Shown: positions 36,659-45,265 of the stretch, piece after piece
How the letters are laid out: the number at the start of each line of letters is the position of its first letter
How positions within the stretch are numbered: the stretch's first letter is position 1
Origin: an uncultured Candidatus Saccharibacteria bacterium
GTDB taxonomy: Bacteria > Patescibacteriota > Saccharimonadia > Saccharimonadales > JACDBH01
Direction of reading: 5' to 3'
Assembly (NCBI GenBank): GCA_965231105.1
Contig: OZ246417.1
Span: 512,908 to 576,907, forward strand
DNA: 64,000 nucleotides
Notes under the pieces: model-generated
The model's database searches: none
Told to the model about the DNA's origin: nothing
The model's input: only the letters and a program-made list of their open reading frames with translations
Program-made: the position numbers and the translations under genes

Positions 36659-36820
36659 TTATTTTGCTTCGCTGCGGCTCTTGCGAGCCAATACGGCGGT
36701 GATAACCATGATCACAACACCGCTGGCAATTAAGCTGACAGCTGCGATAAACAGCGGACGGCTATTGCCAGTTGCAGGAAGCACAGAAACGCCAGCTACT
36801 GTAGGAAGTTTTCCGTACAT
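36659..36820 (-). CDS. 53-aa micro-protein consisting essentially of an LPXTG sorting signal (LPATG + TM helix + basic tail)
   Basis: Not in the ORF track (<60 aa). My translation is MYGKLPTVAGVSVLPATGNSRPLFIAAVSLIASGVVIMVITAVLARKSRSEAK*. SD AAGGGAGG lies 7 nt upstream, and a consensus promoter lies further upstream. Confidence 0.7.
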   Translation of the reverse strand: MYGKLPTVAGVSVLPATGNSRPLFIAAVSLIASGVVIMVITAVLARKSRSEAK

Positions 36821-36890
36821 GCCTTTGGCCTCCCTTAACTTTACTGCTTAGAATCCCACGGGGTTACGCCCAGGTAACTCTTGGACGGTG

Positions 36891-36919
36891 ATTATATGTG
36901 TTTTATGACATTTTGTCAA
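36891..36919 (-). promoter_or_regulatory. perfect-consensus sigma70 promoter driving the mini-LPXTG ORF
   Basis: Minus strand: TTGACA (36919-36914)-N17-TATAAT (36896-36891). Confidence 0.7.
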
Positions 36920-36965
36920 TATACTTTTATTAAAGCTTATGCATATTGGGGTATGTAAAATATCT

Positions 36966-36994
36966 TTGACATTTTTGTTAAATAGTTGTATCAT
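36966..36994 (+). promoter_or_regulatory. promoter of the carbohydrate-binding-repeat/CE4 gene
   Basis: TTGACA-N17-TATCAT, followed by SD AGGAG before the ATG at 37020. Confidence 0.6.
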
Positions 36995-37019
36995 TACGTA
37001 CAAATTTAGGAGTTGCCAA

Positions 37020-39635
37020 ATGTTAAAGCGTTTGCGATTTTTGTTAGCAACCTTATTAGTATTCTTTAGTACTGTTATTGCTGCATTGCCTGCGGTTGCT
37101 GCACCAACTAATTTGATTGCAAACCCTTCTGTTGAAACAGTCGCAGCTGGCAATCCAAGCAACTGGACCGCTGATAAATGGGGCACCAATACCGCTGTTC
37201 TTACTCATGAAGTAACGGGCTATACCGGTACTCGCAGCTTACGCACAGAAGTAACAGCTTATACGAGCGGTGATGCAAAGTGGATTGCCGATGACATTAC
37301 CGTAACTCCTAGCACATCTTATACATACACAAGTTATTACAAATCAAATGTTGATACCGAAATTGACCTTCGTTATCAAGATGCTGCCGGTAACATTACC
37401 TATGCATACGCACAGTGGGTTCCTGCGAGTGTAGATTGGGCACCATTAACTGTTACGTTCACCACACCCGCAACAGCTACCAAGGTTGCCCCTTTGCACA
37501 TCATAGCTAAGACTGGTTGGCTTCAAACTGACGAATTTTCACTAAGTACAGCGGAAGCAGAACCAATTCCTACAGGCGATAATCTTATTGCCAATGCTTC
37601 ATTTGAAACCGCTGCCGGCCTAAAACCTGCTAAGTGGCTTACCAATAACTGGGGCGCTAATACCGCAAACTTTGTTTATGAAAATACTGGCCGTACTGGA
37701 AGCCATAGCGTAACGACTAATGTATCTGCTTTTACAACTGGTGATGCAAAATGGTATGCAGAGCCTGTAGCAGTAACTGCGGGCAATAACTACACTTATA
37801 CGGATTACTACAAGTCTACTATTGCTTCACGAGCAGTTGTTGCTTATATCAATGCAGCCGGTGTGTATAGCTTTGCCGAAATCGGTACCGCTCCTGCAAG
37901 TGCAGACTGGGCGCCATTCTCAACTGCATTTACTGCCCCTGCGGGCACCGTTCAGGTTTCCGTCTTTCATATTATTGAGCAAATTGGTAGCCTGAGCCTT
38001 GATGATGTGTCGCTTACAGAAACCGTCGTTACTCCTCCTACGGATGACGAAAACATCGTACCAAACCCATCACTCGAAAACCTAAATGGTGCACAGCCAG
38101 CAAACTGGGTTAATAACAACTGGGGTGTTAATACTTCAAGCTTTACATATGCTGCGACTGGTCGCACAGGAAATCGAAGCGTTACTACTACAACAACCGC
38201 CTATACAAATGGCGATGCAAAGTGGTACTTTCAGCCAGCAGATGTTGTCGCCAACAAGTTGTACGTATATAGGGACTACTACAAATCTACTATTGCTTCA
38301 CGTGTTGTTGCAGCTTTCAGCGACGCAGCCGGTGTTACGACCTATAAAGAAATTGGTGCAGTTGCCGCTAGCGCCGACTGGAAATTATTTGAAGCTTCCG
38401 TAACAATGCCCGCTACTGCAGTGAAGGCTACGGTATTTCATATTATTGAAGGCGTAGGTAGCCTGACCATTGATGATGTGCTTCTACAAGTTGCCGTGCC
38501 AGCCGGTGCTGACATTAGCGTACCGAATGGTTCACTCGAAAATGGCGTAACTACCCCTACTGGATGGAATGCCAGCAGCTGGGGTACAAACACTCCAACT
38601 TTCACATATATGAATGAAGGTCGCACCGGCACAAAGAGTATCCGTGTTTCGGTAAACAATTACACTGATGGTGATGCAAAATGGTTCTTTGACCCAATCA
38701 CTACCCTGACCCCTGGCCAGCAATACCGCTTTACTACCTGGTATAAAGGCACTGCCTTACCGCATGTTGTTGCGCTCTATATCATGGAAGACAACACCGA
38801 ACGCTACGTTGGCTTACCAAGCCCCCTTACTATAAATGCAACAGAGTGGCAAAAATATAGCGATACTTTCACCGTTCCTGAAGGAGCAAAGCAAGTTTCA
38901 CTATTCATGTATGTTGCAGGTAATGGCTGGCTACAAACCGACGACTACACCATAACCAGTTACCACCCAAGTGCTTTTAACCGTCCTCTTCTTACTCTTA
39001 CGTTTGATGATGGTCACGAGGATAATGCAACAACTGCGCTGCCACTACTCAATCAGTACGGCTTTAAGAGCACCCAATGTTATGCAACGAGCTTCATAGA
39101 AGGCCAGTCACAAGCAGTACGAGATGGTGTGCTTGCGTTCTTTAACTCTGGGCATGAAATCTGTTCTCACACCGTAACTCACCCATTCCTTACTACTCTT
39201 ACTAATCCAAATCTTACCTACGAACTCTCTCACTCTAAGACTTATCTTGAAAGCCTCATTGGCCAACCAGTACGTAATTTTGCTTCACCTTATGGTGACT
39301 ACAATGCTGCTGTTAACGACGTGATTGATAACTACTACCAGTCGCACCGTACCGTTGATGAAGGTTTTAACAGTAAGGATAATTTCAATATCTATCGTCT
39401 TCGTGTTCAGAACATTCTCGATACCACCACCGCTTCACAGGTTGCAGCATGGATCGAGCAAGCTCAAGCAGATAAAACATGGCTTATTTTGGTATACCAT
39501 CGCGTTGCCAATAACCCAGGTCCATACGATTCATATACGAACATCTTCGCAGAACATCTTCAGGCCATTGCCAATAGTGGCATTGTGGTGAAGACATACC
39601 AGGACGCCCTTACTGAAGTCCTGCCGCAGCTTTAA
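37020..39635 (+). CDS. secreted protein with four carbohydrate-binding-module-like repeats and a C-terminal CE4 polysaccharide deacetylase domain
   Basis: Signal peptide MLKRLRFLLATLLVFFSTVIAALPAVAA. NodB motifs TFDDGHEDN, HEICSHTVTHP and RNFASPYG. The ATG at 37020 is preferred over the track start at 36939. Confidence 0.85.
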   Translation: MLKRLRFLLATLLVFFSTVIAALPAVAAPTNLIANPSVETVAAGNPSNWTADKWGTNTAVLTHEVTGYTGTRSLRTEVTAYTSGDAKWIADDITVTPSTSYTYTSYYKSNVDTEIDLRYQDAAGNITYAYAQWVPASVDWAPLTVTFTTPATATKVAPLHIIAKTGWLQTDEFSLSTAEAEPIPTGDNLIANASFETAAGLKPAKWLTNNWGANTANFVYENTGRTGSHSVTTNVSAFTTGDAKWYAEPVAVTAGNNYTYTDYYKSTIASRAVVAYINAAGVYSFAEIGTAPASADWAPFSTAFTAPAGTVQVSVFHIIEQIGSLSLDDVSLTETVVTPPTDDENIVPNPSLENLNGAQPANWVNNNWGVNTSSFTYAATGRTGNRSVTTTTTAYTNGDAKWYFQPADVVANKLYVYRDYYKSTIASRVVAAFSDAAGVTTYKEIGAVAASADWKLFEASVTMPATAVKATVFHIIEGVGSLTIDDVLLQVAVPAGADISVPNGSLENGVTTPTGWNASSWGTNTPTFTYMNEGRTGTKSIRVSVNNYTDGDAKWFFDPITTLTPGQQYRFTTWYKGTALPHVVALYIMEDNTERYVGLPSPLTINATEWQKYSDTFTVPEGAKQVSLFMYVAGNGWLQTDDYTITSYHPSAFNRPLLTLTFDDGHEDNATTALPLLNQYGFKSTQCYATSFIEGQSQAVRDGVLAFFNSGHEICSHTVTHPFLTTLTNPNLTYELSHSKTYLESLIGQPVRNFASPYGDYNAAVNDVIDNYYQSHRTVDEGFNSKDNFNIYRLRVQNILDTTTASQVAAWIEQAQADKTWLILVYHRVANNPGPYDSYTNIFAEHLQAIANSGIVVKTYQDALTEVLPQL
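37110..38962 (+). repeat. four tandem ~155-aa domain repeats (CBM_4_9/galactose-binding-like) within the CE4 protein
   Basis: Repeat starts at 37110, 37581, 38052 and 38514 (periods of 471, 471 and 462 nt). Shared pattern: N-x-SxE...W....WG.NT..F.Y...GRTG..S....V.....GDAKW... Confidence 0.8.
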
Positions 39636-40949
39636 TTAGTCTGCACTATCGTAAAGCCATAGTGCGATATTGGCGGAGCGCAAGTCATTGACGAATGTCT
39701 TAAAGATACCCATGTTGGCTGAATTCTCTGCTTGGCCGGATGGCCAATACGACCAATCGATACCTTCGGCCGTATGAGCTTTGTCTTCTGCAAAAAGATG
39801 AACGGAAGTTGTAAAGCCTTGGCCCGATAAAGTACGGGCCTGAGCCACAACGCCATTTAAGATGTTCTGTCGCTGTTCGGGTGATAGAGTGTAGGGATTT
39901 GTGCGGCTCACTATTAACGACCGAGCAAAAGTACCAGTGTTCATCCAAACCTCCTGCACTCCTAATGCACGTGCAGCTTCAGCAGCAAGATCAACCCTAA
40001 GGAAACTTTTTGGGTCAAGCTGCGCAACATCAGCAGGAGAGGTAGGCGGCCATGCAAAGCCCTGGAGACCAAAACTATCGATAAGCCCTTTAGGGATAGG
40101 CTGAACATATGGCACGAAACTCTTATACGAACCGCCCGCCCAAGATGTACCTGAAGGGTACGTCATGCTTTGCAGTAATACAGCCGCCTTGCTCGTTGGA
40201 AAGTATTGTTTTTGTATTTGGACCACTTTGGTTATGCTACCGGCAAAATCATTTGGATCAGTATTGCCCCACACTGGAATATTTCCCTCAGGAATCGGCA
40301 CCCATACACCCATCTGTATATCGGTTATCCCTTGAGTTTTCAGAGTGGAAAAGTAAGTGCTTAAGGCAACGTCATAAGCTCCGGCCCCTAAATCTTTGAT
40401 AGGAACACCTGCTGGCTCAAAGAAAACCAAAGGAGCTACACCGGTTCGGGCAAACTCTTTTAAGACCGTTGCAACCCACTGTGCCTGAGAGGTAGCTTCG
40501 GCGGCACTACGGGGCATGGCAGCAAAGAATGAGACGCGAGAGGCAAGCCCTCCCTCACATACAGCCTCGTATTCTGCGAGCTTTTTTAGTTGCGCAATCG
40601 ATGAAGTATTCAGCCCTCCATGTCGCGGTGCGGTCACGCCACAGCCCAGGAGCCTCGTTTCAGTTGCAGTATTCGTTGAGGCAGCGGCCAAAACTTTTGG
40701 ATCGGGTTGCTTATTACCATCTGATGTTTCTCCTGACGGGGTTGGCAGGCGCGGCACGTCAGCTGCTTCTATATTCATTTCTTCCTGCACTGGAGCCTTA
40801 GGACCAGTAAGGCCATAGGCTTTATTAATGCGTAGCAAAATAATTGCACTCACAATTGCGCCTAACGAAAAGGTCGTTAAAAAAGCAATCGTCCATAAGA
40901 GACGGAGCTTTAGACTCATTTTGACCGGTTCTCGAAATTTGTACCCCAT
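39636..40949 (-). CDS. membrane-anchored extracellular protein, possibly a TIM-barrel glycoside hydrolase
   Basis: 437-440 aa with an N-terminal TM helix. The start is ambiguous (40958, 40949 or 40919). The hydrolase guess rests only on general sequence character and on gene context. Confidence 0.6.
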   Translation of the reverse strand: MGYKFREPVKMSLKLRLLWTIAFLTTFSLGAIVSAIILLRINKAYGLTGPKAPVQEEMNIEAADVPRLPTPSGETSDGNKQPDPKVLAAASTNTATETRLLGCGVTAPRHGGLNTSSIAQLKKLAEYEAVCEGGLASRVSFFAAMPRSAAEATSQAQWVATVLKEFARTGVAPLVFFEPAGVPIKDLGAGAYDVALSTYFSTLKTQGITDIQMGVWVPIPEGNIPVWGNTDPNDFAGSITKVVQIQKQYFPTSKAAVLLQSMTYPSGTSWAGGSYKSFVPYVQPIPKGLIDSFGLQGFAWPPTSPADVAQLDPKSFLRVDLAAEAARALGVQEVWMNTGTFARSLIVSRTNPYTLSPEQRQNILNGVVAQARTLSGQGFTTSVHLFAEDKAHTAEGIDWSYWPSGQAENSANMGIFKTFVNDLRSANIALWLYDSAD

Positions 40950-41070
40950 CCTGCTCATAATTATAGCGATTAAGACAGTCTATTGCATTCCTCGCAATCA
41001 CATTATACAACGATGTTGATTTTATAGTTTCTGCCGTTCTTATCTGTTATAATCTCATATGTCTTTCCGT

Positions 41071-41145
41071 GCGGGATTCGTATAACGGCTAATATATAAG
41101 TTTTCCAAACTTAGGACGGGGGTTCGATTCCCCCATCCCGCACCA
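41071..41145 (+). tRNA. tRNA-Gly (anticodon TCC), CCA encoded
   Basis: Acceptor GCGGGAT/ATCCCGC, anticodon stem TAAGT/ACTTA with loop TTTCCAA, T-arm GGGGG-TTCGATT-CCCCC. Confidence 0.85.
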
Positions 41146-41154
41146 TAGGTACCT

Positions 41155-41231
41155 GCCCCGGTAGCTCAGCGGATTAGAGCAATGGGCTTCTATCCCACAG
41201 GTCGGGGGTTCGATTCCCTCCCGGGGTACCA
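41155..41231 (+). tRNA. tRNA-Arg (anticodon TCT), CCA encoded
   Basis: Acceptor GCCCCGG/CCGGGGT, anticodon loop CTTCTAT, T-arm GGGGG-TTCGATT-CCCTC. Confidence 0.85.
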
Positions 41232-41325
41232 TTAAGCTTAATTTACGTGATAACTCCAAAATAGCCGTTCTTAATAGCTAAAGAAATTCTAGATTAGGTA
41301 CCCGTAGGCTAGGCTGCAGGGTTTA

Positions 41326-41886
41326 TTATTTACGCTTTTTACCTTGAACTTGGACAGTGCCGGCGTGACGAAAACCTAAAAGGGCAAGTATGGATAGGAG
41401 AATGCCTCCTGCCAGCGCAGCGATTGCAGCATACTTTGCGACGATTGCCATCGTATCAAATGCGTAAGCGTTTAATAAAAGACCACGTAAAGTTTCTCCA
41501 CGGAACAATGTTTGTACTTGCCCGGCTAGCTTAGTGTCGTCAGGATTTGCAAGTGCTGCCGAACTGACTTCAGCATATGTTTTACCTTCGCCTGATTTTT
41601 TCAGGTGTACAGCTATGTAATTGTCGGCGAAAACCTTGGCTTGTGCGCCAGTCGTTAACTGCTGACCGGCGTACTTAGCTACCATCTTCTTATCGTGGTC
41701 TGGCAAAGCGTTTAAGGACTTACTGTCAGCTTCAGGAAAAACTATTTTTTGCTGAAGCAACTGGTCATAAACCTGGGAGTGCACAAAGCTATATGTATAA
41801 AATAGCCCTCCAGAAGCAGCCAGCAAGACAATAGCAATAATTAACGCCGTTGATGATACGAGCTTATCCAATGTACTTCGATTCAT
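41326..41886 (-). CDS. hypothetical bitopic membrane protein (N- and C-terminal TM helices)
   Basis: ATG at 41886 with AAAGGA SD and an upstream TGcTTAAAAT element. No recognised domain. Confidence 0.65.
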   Translation of the reverse strand: MNRSTLDKLVSSTALIIAIVLLAASGGLFYTYSFVHSQVYDQLLQQKIVFPEADSKSLNALPDHDKKMVAKYAGQQLTTGAQAKVFADNYIAVHLKKSGEGKTYAEVSSAALANPDDTKLAGQVQTLFRGETLRGLLLNAYAFDTMAIVAKYAAIAALAGGILLSILALLGFRHAGTVQVQGKKRK

Positions 41887-42020
41887 AACAAGTCCTTTTA
41901 AGCGGATTATTTTAAGCACATTCTAGCATGAGCATTATGCTAATAATAAATCTTTTGCATTTTTAGAATTACAGGCGTATTACGGATATAGAGGTAAAAA
42001 TAAAGTAGCTGGACAATGCT

Positions 42021-42257
42021 ATGCAGTTTAGTGATTTAGTTGAAAGTCATATTAATTATTTAGATCTCGGAAAATATATCGATCCTGCCGATGCCGTGAG
42101 TCGTCGCTCATTCGAGCTCGGTAAACAGGTCTGCACCGTCTGTGGCTCAGCAGAGTTCGAACACACGCCTGGCTTTGCTTGTGAGTCAGGTGTGAGATAC
42201 TTCGGGAGAAATATCCTGAGCCACATAACGGTTACTGGACTTCCATCGGCCTCATAG
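42021..42257 (+). CDS. doubtful small ORF (78 aa) with a CxxC motif
   Basis: ORF only. It has no SD and no homology that I can recognise. Confidence 0.25.
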   Translation: MQFSDLVESHINYLDLGKYIDPADAVSRRSFELGKQVCTVCGSAEFEHTPGFACESGVRYFGRNILSHITVTGLPSAS

Positions 42258-42312
42258 GATTGTAAAAAACAGATAGAAACGGTATAATCTCATCTGTTCT
42301 TTTAAGATTCAT

Positions 42313-42390
42313 GGCGGGCTTAGCTCAGTTGGTTAGAGCGTCGGGTTGTGGTCCCGAAGGTCGTGGGTTCGAACCCCATAGCTCGCCCCA
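42313..42390 (+). tRNA. tRNA-His (anticodon GTG) with encoded G-1 and CCA
   Basis: G-1 at 42313 lies opposite discriminator C. Acceptor GCGGGCT/AGCTCGC, anticodon stem TCGGG/CCCGA with loop TTGTGGT. Confidence 0.85.
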
Positions 42391-42405
42391 AAATGAAGAA
42401 TACAC

Positions 42406-42436
42406 ATAAGAGACCTTGCTGAGGTCTCTTATTATT
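42406..42436 (+). terminator. rho-independent terminator after tRNA-His
   Basis: 10-bp stem ATAAGAGACC/GGTCTCTTAT followed by a T-rich tail. Confidence 0.65.
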
Positions 42437-42480
42437 ATGGTCCTGACCTAATCAAGGTGTAAAATAGGGTCTTAACGGTA

Positions 42481-42486
42481 TACAAT
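42481..42486 (+). promoter_or_regulatory. -10 element positioned for a leaderless start
   Basis: TACAAT, then 6 nt to the ATG at 42493. Confidence 0.4.
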
Positions 42487-42492
42487 AAGCAT

Positions 42493-42855
42493 ATGTCTAT
42501 TTTCTACCTCCTGGAATGGTGGTATGGTCGCGGCTTTATGCGCCAGTGGCAACTGGTTGGTCTTCGCACAGCTAAAATTGGTCAGGCCTTTAGTGGCGGA
42601 ACGCTCATTCGTACCCTCTTCTCCCCGTGGAAGCAGCTCGTCTCCCCTATAACTAAACCCGGGCCAAGTCTTCAGAAATTAGCTGATAACCTCGTTTCTC
42701 GTTTCGTTGGCTTCTTTATCCGATTCTTTACACTTCTTGCCGCTATTGTGAGTCTGGTGGTTGTCGGGATGCTAAGCATCCTATGGGCAGTCCTGTGGCC
42801 ATTAGTACCATTTATGAGCATTGCAGCCATCCTGAAAGGCATAGGTATTATCTAA
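42493..42855 (+). CDS. small hypothetical membrane protein coupled to the Clp-like ATPase
   Basis: 120 aa with 2-3 TM helices. Its stop overlaps the next ATG (TAATG). Confidence 0.6.
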   Translation: MSIFYLLEWWYGRGFMRQWQLVGLRTAKIGQAFSGGTLIRTLFSPWKQLVSPITKPGPSLQKLADNLVSRFVGFFIRFFTLLAAIVSLVVVGMLSILWAVLWPLVPFMSIAAILKGIGII

Positions 42856-45239
42856 TGCTTAATACAAAATCTGCCCGTGCCCAAAAAGCCCGCATTGCAA
42901 AAAGACTCTCCTTGATGCCAGTGATGTTTGGTATATATGCAGTCTTGGTAGGTTCAAGTACGATTGCTGCGCTGCTTATTTTCTCTGGCCAACAGATAGG
43001 CTACCTTTTGTTTATACCTGCAGTCATCTCTTTAATGTACCTCCTGTGGTTTAAGCAGGAGCTGGATGAGCTTCCGCTTAACCAAAAGGATGAAATTGTT
43101 GGGATTCTAGAGCGGCGTGTTTTGGCTGAACTTAATTCTTCGGAGCCAAATGCCAAAGAAGTGTGGCAGGCGATACGATCCCATGATCAGGTTCGCTTCT
43201 TTGCCAATAGGTACGGAATACTACTCGACTATGTTGATGCCGTCATTGAGCATGGCCAGGTGGATATGTGGGCCGTCTGGAAGCAGGCACTTACCTATAA
43301 GGATGCATACGGATTTAATGTCTTAAATGCTGGCTGTATTGAAATAGCACTTCTTAAATACGCGGCAGGTTCTCAAGAATTACTGACCCACCTCAAGCTC
43401 GATTTTGAAGAATTAGAGAACGGCCTCGGCTGGTTAGCGCATATAAAGGGCGTGATTCGTAAAGGACGAGAACATGAATCAGCGGGCGGTATCGCGAGAG
43501 ACTGGGCAGCCGGCTATACACCTCTTCTTAATAAACTGGGCATAAATATCTCTAATGAAATTGAGCATGGCGGTATATTGCATCGTCCAATCGAAAGCCA
43601 TAAAGCCGTTATCGATCAGATCATTCGAGTCATCAGCCAAACTGGACGTTCCAATATAGCACTCGTTGGCGAGGTAGGCGTAGGCAAAACAACGACTGTG
43701 TATGCGCTTGCAGAACAGCTTATTTTTGGCAGGCAAAAAGAACTTCGTTATCATCAGATTTTTGAGCTCGATGCTTCACGTTTATTATCATATGTACGCG
43801 AACGCGGTGAATTAGAAAGCTTACTATACCAAATTGTAGGCGAAGCACATCGGGCTAAGAATGTGATCCTGTTCTTTGACGAAGCGCAGTTATTCTTGCA
43901 AGATGGTCCGGGTTCGGTCGATCTTACTAATATTCTTACTTCCTTACTCCAAAAAACGGATGTACGGTTTATCTTTGCCATGACCCCACCTCATTGGCAA
44001 CGCTTAAGCGCCACAAATGCCTCCTTAACAGGTATGCTTAATTACCAGCTCGTTGCACCAACGAATAAAAAAGACACCTTCCAGGTCATGGAAGATCAAG
44101 CACTTCTTATTGAAGCAAAACATCACGCTACAATTACCTACCATGGCTTGCGCGAAGCATACCGTCTCGCAGAACACTACGTTTCGGATGAAGCTTTTCC
44201 AGGTAAGGCACTCAAACTTATTGAACAGACTGCCGTGAATGCCGGCAAGAATAGCCTTATCACCCAAGCTGAGGTACAAAAGACGCTTGAGTCTGCACGA
44301 GGCATTAAACTGCAGGCCGCAACCACGGAAGAGTCAACGAAGCTTCTCAGTCTTGAAGACGAGCTACATAAGCAGATGATTGGTCAGTCCGGTGCAGTAG
44401 GCGCGGTTGCAAATGCACTGAGACGCGCACGAGCTGGCGTCCGCAACCCCAATAGGCCAATCGGCGCGTTTCTTTTCCTTGGGCCTACCGGTGTTGGTAA
44501 GACACAGCTGGCAAAGGCGCTTGCCAATGTATACTTTGGCGGCTCAGACCAATTGGTTCGCATCGACATGAACGAATACGTTACAAGTAATGATCTCTCA
44601 AGACTCTTGAGTGTTCAAACCTCGGAGTCAACAAGCCCAACTTTCTTGAGTAAAATTCGGCAACAACCTTTCAGCGTAGTGCTTTTAGATGAAATCGAGA
44701 AAGCTCACCCTGATGTTATTAATGCTTTGCTCCAGCTGCTTGATGAAGGACGCATGACAGACGTAAGCGGTCGTGAGGCGAGCTTTAAAGATGCCATTAT
44801 TATCGCCACAAGTAATGCTGGTGCTGAAGAGATTCGAAACCGCATTAAGAATGGTGAGCAGCCAGGTGACTTTAGAGAAGAACTCATCGACACCATTATT
44901 GAAAGTGGCAAGTTTAAGCCGGAGTTCCTTAACCGTTTTGATGAGATGGTGATATTCGGACCGCTCAACGAGAGTGAGCTTGTTCAAGTAGTCACACTCA
45001 TGCTCAACGATATTAATAAGACACTCGCAAATCAGAGAATCAGCGTGTCGCTTGATGAGCAAGCAAAATTGTGGCTTGTCCAAAAAGGTAATGATCCTCG
45101 GTTAGGTGCTCGCCCGATGCGCCGAGTTATTCAGCGCTACATAGAAGATACGGTTGCAAAACGCGTACTCCAAGGAACTGCGCAACCAGGTACGGTTATT
45201 GCCCTCACTGTCGCCGATTTTGAAGCAGCAGGACAATAG
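42855..45239 (+). CDS. membrane-anchored two-ring Clp/Hsp100-family AAA+ ATPase
   Basis: D1 Walker A GEVGVGKTT and Walker B ILFFDEAQ. D2 Walker A GPTGVGKTQLAKALA and Walker B VVLLDEIEKAHPDV, plus sensor GARPMRRVIQ. Two N-terminal TM helices replace the Clp_N domain. Confidence 0.85.
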   Translation: MLNTKSARAQKARIAKRLSLMPVMFGIYAVLVGSSTIAALLIFSGQQIGYLLFIPAVISLMYLLWFKQELDELPLNQKDEIVGILERRVLAELNSSEPNAKEVWQAIRSHDQVRFFANRYGILLDYVDAVIEHGQVDMWAVWKQALTYKDAYGFNVLNAGCIEIALLKYAAGSQELLTHLKLDFEELENGLGWLAHIKGVIRKGREHESAGGIARDWAAGYTPLLNKLGINISNEIEHGGILHRPIESHKAVIDQIIRVISQTGRSNIALVGEVGVGKTTTVYALAEQLIFGRQKELRYHQIFELDASRLLSYVRERGELESLLYQIVGEAHRAKNVILFFDEAQLFLQDGPGSVDLTNILTSLLQKTDVRFIFAMTPPHWQRLSATNASLTGMLNYQLVAPTNKKDTFQVMEDQALLIEAKHHATITYHGLREAYRLAEHYVSDEAFPGKALKLIEQTAVNAGKNSLITQAEVQKTLESARGIKLQAATTEESTKLLSLEDELHKQMIGQSGAVGAVANALRRARAGVRNPNRPIGAFLFLGPTGVGKTQLAKALANVYFGGSDQLVRIDMNEYVTSNDLSRLLSVQTSESTSPTFLSKIRQQPFSVVLLDEIEKAHPDVINALLQLLDEGRMTDVSGREASFKDAIIIATSNAGAEEIRNRIKNGEQPGDFREELIDTIIESGKFKPEFLNRFDEMVIFGPLNESELVQVVTLMLNDINKTLANQRISVSLDEQAKLWLVQKGNDPRLGARPMRRVIQRYIEDTVAKRVLQGTAQPGTVIALTVADFEAAGQ

Positions 45240-45265
45240 TGTTCATGCTATGCTAGTAGTCAAGA

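Noticed and set aside
36636-37189. Track ORFs 36636-36851 (+, 71 aa) and 36848-37189 (-, 113 aa).
   Set aside because: The first is antisense to the well-signalled mini-LPXTG ORF. The second spans the divergent promoter region and the 5' end of the carbohydrate-binding-repeat/CE4 gene. Neither has an SD or promoter.
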